Assembly (NCBI GenBank): GCA_043228905.1
Contig: JBHGNT010000233.1
Location: 1 to 47,267, forward strand
Direction of reading: 5' to 3'
DNA length: 47,267 nucleotides
Origin: Azolla caroliniana
Taxonomy: Eukaryota; Plantae; Polypodiophyta
The notes under the pieces were generated by a model. It searched no databases. It was not told where the DNA came from and saw only the letters and a list, made by a program, of their open reading frames with translations. Position numbers and translations under genes: made by a program. Positions within the stretch are counted from its first letter, which is position 1. Each line of letters begins with the position of its first letter. Positions 38,951 through 47,267 of the stretch are shown here, piece after piece.

Positions 38951-39268
38951 AATGTCAAATATCTATATCTATTTATATATATATAATATATATTGCATGT
39001 TTCTTTTATAATATCCATCAGCAAGAATGAGAGGTTCACCTACCACACGTGTCTGGATCTTTGCAGCGAACTAGTTTAAAGCATTGTAAATTACCATCCA
39101 CTATCAATAATGTCAAATATCTATATCTATTTATATATATATATAATATATTGCAATTTTCTTTTACAATATCCATCAGTAAGAATGGGAGGTTCACCTA
39201 CCACACTTGTGTCTGGATCTTTGCAGCGCACTAGTTTAAAGTATCGTACATTACCATACACTATCAAT
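38951..39268. repeat. ~158-bp tandem duplication downstream of RRP1
   Basis: AATGTCAAATATCTATATC...CTATCAAT occurs at 38951 and 39109. Confidence 0.9.
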
Positions 39269-39960
39269 CAACTATACAGTAGGACAACTTGGCCACAAAT
39301 TATCCCAGTTCTTTGATCATGTCTTACCCTGCATGGAAAAAACTATACAGTAGGACAACTTTTGACTGACCATGATCTCTTTCGCATACAATTACAAACC
39401 AATGAATCAAAGTAAATTTCTTCAAGCAACAAACAGGATTAATTGAGCAAGTGAAATCCCTAGAATACCAGAGGGCATTGACAAAGAAACATTCAGCCAG
39501 CCATTCTGTAATTCTGCTTGATATATTGGCATTTGAATTCCTAAATCAAGAGAGTATACATAGATAGAGAACAGAACCTTGTCTCTGACTTACATTTCTG
39601 TACAGTATCATAAAGATATTGTATAAGCCTGTATCAGAAATATAAGCAACACTTCTGCCACACAAACTTATGTATAGTCAGAAACTTTCAGATACAGAAA
39701 AAAAGGAGCACCTCAACAAATGTATTCCCTTTTCAATAGAGTATCCGGAGTTCCTAATGGTGTCAAATAGAATTAGATTGAAGGTAAAAGAAAAAAGAAA
39801 AGAAATCAAGGTCAAAATTCAAATCACCAGATGCTTCATAGACAGAGACTTATGCCTCTCAGTCACCTCTCAAAGGTTGAGATATCTTACTGCTTCAACC
39901 ACATCTAATCACCCAAGCCTTTGGTCAAATCACTTAACATAAATGAATGGTGATAAATTC

Positions 39961-41844
39961 TCAAAGGCTATTCCGACGGTTAGATAATGTTTTGGGCTTC
40001 TTTGTTATACTTCTAGCATTATTTTGAGGTCTTCTTGGAGTCCCCTTTCGCTGTTTTATTGCCATGCTTTTCATTTCAGAAATGATAGGACCAGGAGGAA
40101 CTCCTTTCTTCAAAGCACTCCCTCGAGGGGTGGCTGAAGGAGGTACTCTTACACTCTCTGGTGGAAGCGGAGAAGTTGGTCTCCACACCAAGTTTTTCTT
40201 GAGAGCAAATCTTACCTTTTTTACCTTAGTAGAACTGGTGGTAGTTCTTTCAAAGGTGTCCATGCTAGATTCAGCATCAACTTTTTTGGGCGATTTTGCT
40301 CCTTTATTTTCGCAAACATCCACTAGCTTCTTTTTCTTACTTCCAGTATTACGTGGAGAAACAGCAGTAATCATGGCAACAGGTGATAAACATGTGTCAG
40401 ACTCAGATATTTCTTCTGCAAGTAAATCAAACTGCCTTTTCAGATTTGAAATCACTGAATCATCCATGGTTAATACTCTGGCGTCATTTTCAGCTGTAAA
40501 ATCAGAAATTTCTTTTACATTGTTAGCATGCTTCTCAGCCACATCAACAATGTCTAAGGGAATTTCAGAAACTTCTTTCTTTGACTTTTTATTTGATTTT
40601 TTCATGCCTGACAAGGCTGGCCTGGAACTTTTTGAAGGGTCTGTCATAGCCTCAGACACTTTCCGTTTACTCAACTTCATCTTTTGCTTGCTTCCCTTCT
40701 TTTCAGTAGAAAGTGTGCCGTTACTTGAAACAGTATCTATTTGGCATTCAGATACTTTAGCTTCACCCAATTTCAGCTCTTCATTGGTTCCATTTTTGTC
40801 TGCTGTGAATGTTAGTTCACTCTTCTGTCCTGAACCTTCACCTTCCACCATTTCTGAGGTTCCACATGCTAGAACATTGATGCTTTTAGTAGCATACTTA
40901 TTTTTCTTCTTTTTCTGCTTGACCTTTGGATCTGCCTGTTCCATAATCTTTTTTCTCTTCTTTATCTTTCCAGATATAGGAAGCACGATGCCAGAGGCAC
41001 TGAAAAGCTTCTCAAGAGTTTCATATTCTCTATGTAACTCATACAAAAGTTTCCGATTTGCTTGTGAAACAGTGGGCATAGATGCAAGTTTAAAAGCCTC
41101 AAAAGTTAATGGAGAGCTGAGAGCCAAGAACCCAAGCAATTCTGCATCTGATTTGCATAAAGTTTCATTCTGCTTGGCCCTAACATAGGCATGCCCATGC
41201 TCAAGAAGGCGTCCAAAAATATTTTCTCTAATTCTCTGGAGAAGGGACTTGTCAGAAGCATGGGCAATGACCTCAATGAAAGGCTCTATGAATATCTTAA
41301 ATATATCATCTCTCAATGGGAGAAATTTCTCAAGTTCGTTGAGAAAAATATCAGCATAATGGAGATTAATCCCCAGAGCAGCATGATGATCTTTTGCCAA
41401 GAATGTCCACTCCAAAAGAGCATCCATAAACTCTTTGGTCAAACTGGCATCCCACCCTGACCTTTCCAAAACCATCAACATATGGACTAAATACCTCCTT
41501 AGCAGAAGATAAAACTTATCCAATCTGAGTCTGTCTATCCCAGCCCATTCCCTTCTCATGGTCACAAGAAAAACCTTAAAAAATTGTAATGAAAGTGCAC
41601 CATCGAGCTTCTCTGGAATTGATGTCAATCTTTCAATGAGATCAGTTTGCACAGGTACCTTGTCAGAGTGCCACACACAATAGAAAAGTCCTTTCCAAAT
41701 CTTTTTCAACTCTTCATCTTCAATATGCTTCTTAGATGTAAGCCACGCAACAAGCAGTGAGATAGCTTTTTCACGTGTCTTCAAACTTGGTGAAGCTAGC
41801 TTCCTTGCGAAGCCCATCTTGCACTCTTCTACGAGAGCTTCCAT
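39961..41844 (-). CDS. RRP1: Ribosomal RNA processing protein 1 (Nop52 family)
   Basis: 627-aa uninterrupted ORF. N-terminal Nop52 motifs (FARKLAS..KTREKA, LKKIWKGLFYCVWHSDK, REWAGIDRLRLDKFYLLLRR). Lys-rich C-terminus with KKVRFALKKN and PPSATPRGSALKKG. A likely 5'-UTR intron acceptor lies at ~41866. Confidence 0.95.
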   Translation of the reverse strand: MEALVEECKMGFARKLASPSLKTREKAISLLVAWLTSKKHIEDEELKKIWKGLFYCVWHSDKVPVQTDLIERLTSIPEKLDGALSLQFFKVFLVTMRREWAGIDRLRLDKFYLLLRRYLVHMLMVLERSGWDASLTKEFMDALLEWTFLAKDHHAALGINLHYADIFLNELEKFLPLRDDIFKIFIEPFIEVIAHASDKSLLQRIRENIFGRLLEHGHAYVRAKQNETLCKSDAELLGFLALSSPLTFEAFKLASMPTVSQANRKLLYELHREYETLEKLFSASGIVLPISGKIKKRKKIMEQADPKVKQKKKKNKYATKSINVLACGTSEMVEGEGSGQKSELTFTADKNGTNEELKLGEAKVSECQIDTVSSNGTLSTEKKGSKQKMKLSKRKVSEAMTDPSKSSRPALSGMKKSNKKSKKEVSEIPLDIVDVAEKHANNVKEISDFTAENDARVLTMDDSVISNLKRQFDLLAEEISESDTCLSPVAMITAVSPRNTGSKKKKLVDVCENKGAKSPKKVDAESSMDTFERTTTSSTKVKKVRFALKKNLVWRPTSPLPPESVRVPPSATPRGSALKKGVPPGPIISEMKSMAIKQRKGTPRRPQNNARSITKKPKTLSNRRNSL

Positions 41845-42630
41845 CCTCAGTTCTAATTTAACTTCTGAAAAAGGAATTCAGACAGAATGAAGCAAGAAAA
41901 TAAGAAAAAACTTCATAATGCTGAACATTTCCATAGAATTCAACAGAAGATATAATGGGTTATCTCCAGAATCAAATCGAAAATCATAACAGAGATTAGT
42001 ATCATTTCTGGCTTGATGGAAACTAATATATGGTTTGATCAATAGAAAGATTATTGCAATACTAAAGGGGTTCTGAACTGAGTGCCTTCCATTGAGAGAC
42101 TAAACAAGGAGAGCTAAGTAAGTGCATTTATAAATTAATGCATTACTAAGGGAATTCTGAACTAAGTGCCTTTCATTGAGATACTATACAAGCAGAGTTA
42201 AGAAAGTGCCTTTATGATATGCTTGTTATTAACAGCCTTTATACCAATCATGATTCACTTTGGGATTTAAATCATTAAATAAAAGTAAAAAATTGACCAA
42301 AATGTTCACTTTATTTTTGAAACACTTGGTAATTGTACAGTGTCTAGTTGATCTAGCATGTCAGTGAAAAATACTCACTCCGTAAAAGAAATCCTAACTT
42401 CACGTATCAGATAAAATGAAAGCAATGGTATGAATGAGAATGTTAGATTGAAATCAAAGCATAATTACATGACTTTGAATACCAATGGATCAAGGTTAGG
42501 GGATAATAGGGTTTCTATCAGTCACAAAAGACTGCAGATCACATAGAAAAAGAAATCAACTAGAAAAGGCAATAGTCCAACAGAGAAATGAAGCATATGG
42601 ATGGTTATCCCAAAGAAATAAGGTGATCTT

Positions 42631-43119
42631 TGTTGTCCATAGGCCAAAAATAGAAATTAATTAAATATAATACGCCGGAAGTAAGGCGAGTAGGTAAGGG
42701 AGAATTAGGTAAAACGCCGAGTTTCGAGCCTCACAATCAGCCGACCGCTCGGCGCTGTATGAAGGAAAAGAAGTATATAAACCGAGGTCTGCGTACCTCG
42801 GCAAAGGGGAGATATCCAGAGCCTAGGGAGGTCGGTTCATAGTTAAAAGAGCTTTGTAAGGCTACCGGCTGTGGGCCGTGTTCTTTTGTAATCATCGCTA
42901 ACTATTGCAGTAATACATATCTATAGCTCTTGTTGTTTTCATCTATGTGTCGTCGCTTTCAAGGTCTCAACTACGTATATGACCCGGGCTCTATTCCGGG
43001 TATGCTCTCCGTGTTCTCCCCCTAACGACACCTCCATGCACCAGTCTTCACGATTACACTTCCCTTGATACCGATAGCTTGTAGGCATATCGAAGGTGTT
43101 TCCACCAGAACGGTTAACA
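42631..43119 (+). repeat. 5' LTR
   Basis: TGTTGTCC...GGTTAACA; about 8 substitutions versus the 3' LTR by eye; TATATAAA at ~42774. Confidence 0.95.
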
Positions 43120-43124
43120 CAATT

Positions 43125-43137
43125 TGGCACGCCCGGT
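43125..43137 (+). promoter_or_regulatory. Primer-binding site TGGCACGCCCGGT (complementary to a plant tRNA-Arg 3' end)
   Basis: Starts with TGG 5 nt after the LTR; matches, from memory, the tRNA-Arg PBS typical of Tat/Ogre/Retand elements. Confidence 0.85.
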
Positions 43138-43439
43138 TACAGCTGTGAGATCAAAGCGAACTACATTGAAAACAACCTTCAGCCGCCATAACGGCGCCCA
43201 ATCGCATCAAGCGGTCTCGGCCATCTGGCCGACACCCTGAGCTAGTCGAAGGCACTTCTGACTCAGCGGTCACGGACCAGTCCTTCCCAAAAACATCGGA
43301 GGCTCACCGGTTGCAATCCTCGCCACCTGCTACTCGGTCGCGAGTCGAGTCCACACCAACCTCCCCACCAAGCCCTCCAGAGATCACCCACCCTAACCCT
43401 AACCCTTTTCCAGCTTTACCGGAAGACTCCGAATTCGAT

Positions 43440-43888
43440 ACCATGTCATATCCTTACCCACGATACACCGACAGCCCCGACGCGGAGTCGCACGTCCGTG
43501 CCTTCGTATCCACCGGCAGGCCAACCACTCAACCTAGCGCCTCTCGCTTGCCGAAATCGAGGCCTCAAAAATTGCCGAGTTAACGCTATCCCTCGATGGA
43601 CCAGCTGCGCGATGGTATTCTGGCCTCAACACAGGGGAGTTTGGCACATTCCACGACGTTTGCACAAAGTTCCTAGAACCGTTCCATCGCGAGGTGCCCA
43701 AACGAGAATTGCTCCAGCAGTTCTTCTCCATGAGACAAGAACCGCACGAGACGGTCGCACAGTTCACGATCCGGTTCCGGGATCTCTACAAACAAGTGGC
43801 CGACGATGTCTTTGAACAACACATTCCGGACGCATTCCTGTCCAGCCTACAGGAGCCTCTACGAACAAGGAAATCCATTAACTCGTAA
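43440..43888 (+). pseudogene. Retrotransposon gag (capsid) remnant, frameshifted
   Basis: YPRYTDSPDAESHVRAF...LSLDGPAARWY...FHDVCTKFL...RQEPHETVAQFTIRFRDL...IPDAFLSSLQEPLR (Retrotrans_gag-like). Confidence 0.8.
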
Positions 43889-45759
43889 GTTGTGCCCAGT
43901 CGAAGTAGCTGCCGCCGCTCGTATGGCCGAGGAGCACGCCGAAACAAAGATGATCCAACGCGTGCTAATGGGTGAAATCGAACCTCACGAGGATCAAGCC
44001 TTACAAAAGATAGGACGGAAGAAGCAAGTCCAAAATGCTTCGCTTCTCATGGAACTACCGGATCTGAACATGGCCTTAGTTGAGGCATTTCGCAATCTAC
44101 ACCACACTACTCGGGCAGCCAAGGACATGGCCCGACGTATCAAAACGGCGCATCAGCAAGCCAAACGGGCTACCGACCTATGGCAAGCCGCCGAGGAGAA
44201 ACTGGTGACACTCACGCAGCAACAGCCGCCCTTAATCCTCCCTGCGCCGAGTGAAGCTGTCTCACCAGCCACTCTTCCGAACCCGAGCCCGAGTGCTGAA
44301 GGTACCATAGCACACAAAGACGACACCGCCCACCCCACAGTAGCCACGGCCGAGGCCAGCACAATGACTGACTCGGTACAGGCAAGTGCGCCATCGTCAC
44401 AGGCAGATATCAGCCCGCACCCCCAAACCAGCCACGCCTCGACACAAACGCCACCACCTCCGGAAGTCATGGAACGAGCGACACAAACAGACAGGGAATC
44501 CTCGGCACAACTCCAGCAAGCGGCAACCCAGATAGGGCCTCCCCTTAGGGACTACCAGGAGGAGCTTCAGGCCCAGATCGCGTTGGCCGAAATGGCCGAA
44601 CAGAATCACAACAACAACATTCTTGGCCAGCAACGAGAACAAGCCGCGAGCCGTGAAGCGAACCTCAAGCGCTTGCTTGCTGAAAGGTCGGCTGCGCTTG
44701 AAGCACGAGAACGAGAGGTGATGACCCTCCAAGTCTCGATAACTGAGGCTAAGGAACGGTTCATCAAAGAAACCGAGCGGAATAGCCAACGAGAACAAGA
44801 GCTCTTCGCCGACAACCAGGAATTACGCCATCATCAATGAGCCTTCCAGGACATGGCCAACGAACATATGCAGAAGTGGAGGATCTCGGAGGAGCAACGA
44901 GCAAAAATTTCCGATGCATATCACCAGTTGCAATCCGAGCACATCGCCATCAAAGAACACCGGGACGCTTGGCAACTAGGAAGGGACGAAACTGTAGCTC
45001 AGCTCACCAACCGTTATGAGCAGACCATCACGCTCATCACGGAAAAAGCAAAAGATAATCAAGCTACGTTAGCACTCTTCGCCCGCAAAAGCCAAGGCCG
45101 CAAGGGAGGCACTGGAAGTTCACCGCGCGAGCATCGGCATGGACGATATCAAAATCAAGACCCTAATCCACAAGTATCGCCAACAATTCACCACGAAGAT
45201 CAAAGAAACGCTTGACCATGTTTGGTAGGAGTGGTCAGCCCAAGCTGCGGACCTACACATACTAAGCGTGGATGCCGAGAACCGACGGAAGGAGGGCCGA
45301 GGATTTTACAAGATGGATGACACCAGCATCCAGACCCTCCGTGAGGACTTAACGGAAGAATATCATAGTTTGGCAACATCCCACACCGCGGCCATCGAGC
45401 AACTCTTGGAGGAATTCAACGACGATCTAATGGTGTTTCGTTTAGAAGCCGAAGCATACGAGGAAGAACGACTCGCTACCGGGAGTCACAGAGCTCCCAC
45501 AAACACCGAGCAAGGAACCGAGTCACTCCCCACGGTAGCTAGACCGGAGGAGTCTGCTCCTACCGACGTCCACATCCCACCGGAGCCACAGACTATAACC
45601 CCGACCCTGCCTGCATCGGTCCCAACAGAGGAAGGCACACACGCCGACACCGTCATCCCCAACTCGGCAACACCACCCCCATCACCAACCCCATCGGCCA
45701 AGCAGCCAGCCCAACCCCACGCCCCCGAGGATATCCTCAGCATATTGGAAGAAGAATAA
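43880..45759 (+). pseudogene. Extra coiled-coil / Pro-Thr-rich ORF of unknown function inside the LTR element (frameshifted pieces)
   Basis: ORFs 43806-44840, 44853-45215 and 45268-45759 are rich in E/Q/A/R heptad-like helices with Pro/Thr linkers. Confidence 0.65.
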
Positions 45760-45874
45760 GACCAACCTCTAAGCCCCGTAGGAACGGGCCATTTTTGCAA
45801 TTCGTGTGGTTTTGTTAAATCCATGGTGAACCATGGGTCTGACAGACAAAGTCCTGTCCCACGGGCGTGCTAGG

Positions 45875-46363
45875 TGTTGTCCATAGGCCAAAAATAGAAA
45901 TTAATTAAATATAATACGCCGGAAGTAAGGCGAGTAGGTAAGGGAGAATTAGGTAAAACGCCGAGTTTCGAGCCTCACAATCAGCCGACCGCTCGGCGCT
46001 GTATGAAGGAAAAGAAGTATATAAACCGAGGTCTGCGTACCTCGGCAAAGGGGAGATATCCAGAGCCTAGGGAGGTCGGTTCATAGTTAAAAGAGCTTTG
46101 TAAGGCTACCGGCTGTGGGCTGTGTTCTTTTGTAATCATCGCTAACTATTGCAGTAATACATATCTATAGCTCTTGTTGTTTTCATCTATGTGTTGTCGC
46201 TTTTAGGGTCTCAACTACGTATACAACCCGGGCTCTATTCCGGGTATGCTCTCCGTGTTCTCCCCCTAACGACACCTCCGTGCACCAGTCTTCACGATTA
46301 CACTTCCCTTGATACCGATAGCTTGTAGGCATATCGAAGGTGTTTCCGCCAGAACGGTTAACA
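45875..46363 (+). repeat. 3' LTR
   Basis: Direct repeat of 42631-43119, followed by the TSD ATCTT. Confidence 0.95.
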
Positions 46364-47267
46364 ATCTTAAATCCTACGATTTAATAGGTGAAGGGTATCC
46401 CCTCATATTTTGTAGGCTACGTTGTCATATCTATACATCAATATCACATAGCCTCATCCAGATGTTCAGATAGAGAAGATATACCTGGAGGTTGCTAATC
46501 ATGGTTTTTTGGGAGGTAGCAATGATACTTATTTTTGTATATAACAATGAATGCACATTTTTAAAAGCCTTTTTAGAGCTTAGTGGATACATTCAACTGA
46601 GGAATGTAACATTCACCAAATATAATGTAATCTCTTCATCTTGCTAAACAAACACATAGTCTTGGTTTTTAAACATCACTTACAGTTAATAATGTGGGAT
46701 ATGATTTAACACATGTGAAATGATATTCAAGAACAGACACCAATTTTATTAGTTAAGAGGATAAGCATCAGATTATAGTATCCCTCCTACGAAGAAGAAG
46801 GAACTGGAGGGTTCCACATGTATTATGAGTTGTTACGAGGTTGTAAATATAAGAATTGGTTCAAGTGATTTGGTTTTAAGGAATAAGGCATGAGCCAAGG
46901 TTGTTAATTGTGTTGTTTATACAAATGAAGCAAAAGGAAAGATGAAGGAATTTTCTTGTGAATGAAATGTTTCATTCCACGCACAGACATGTGGATATAT
47001 AGAAAGTGTGAACCTGTACGTTCTCCAATACAGCATTCATAAAAATATGTTGCTGAAAGCATTGAAGAAACCAATCACCTATGTCGGATGAGAATGTTGA
47101 TATGAAATGGGTTGCTTAAACTCAATCAATTCAGAATGCAACAGTTCTGAAATTTATATTTTCCCAAGTACTCTAGAAATTAATCGAACATGGCAGAAAT
47201 TTAGCATATGATTTTTGGAGACAGTACTCATTTCACTACATATAATGCTTTCGTTCAACGATTTTTT

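Larger units (their letters stand above)
42631..46363 (+). mobile_element. Young non-autonomous Ty3/gypsy (Tat-like) LTR retrotransposon
   Basis: Two 489-bp LTRs (TGTT...AACA); perfect 5-bp TSD ATCTT (42626-42630 / 46364-46368); tRNA-Arg-type PBS; gag remnant; no recognisable PR/RT/RH/IN. Confidence 0.95.

Noticed and set aside
40064-41460. 374-aa and 89-aa plus-strand ORFs
   Set aside because: Antisense shadows of the RRP1 coding sequence with no recognisable motifs.
45856-45872. A tRNA gene
   Set aside because: Only ~17 nt resembling a tRNA 3' end; no cloverleaf or A/B boxes upstream. Treated as an inverted PBS instead.

Overview
Eukaryotic, intron- and transposon-rich genomic DNA, most likely from a non-seed land plant such as a fern, lycophyte or bryophyte (inferred from a class III-type formin and the TE content). 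Three host genes can be assembled by hand with GT-AG introns. (1) A 10-exon RhoGAP-FH1-FH2 (class III) formin on + (~9124-21089), whose GAP arginine finger is replaced by Leu. (2) A 6-exon, probably plastid-targeted UVR-motif + ApaG/DUF525 gene on + (22595-31041). (3) A single-coding-exon RRP1/Nop52 gene on - (39961-41844). The left end holds a decayed Mutator-like (MULE) transposase with an unusual integrase-type zinc-finger N-terminus and arrays of GGTTGGGYGACC motifs. Introns carry RTE/RTEX-like and L1 LINE fragments, a Copia remnant and two inverted solo-LTR-like copies. The most striking object is a young, non-autonomous Ty3/gypsy (Tat-like) LTR element (42631-46363, ATCTT target-site duplication). 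It has a tRNA-Arg PBS after the 5' LTR, but where the polypurine tract should be it carries an inverted copy of that PBS (the tRNA 3'-end sequence) ending 2 nt before the 3' LTR, suggesting tRNA priming of both strands. All alignments and splice models were made by eye; no database searches were run.
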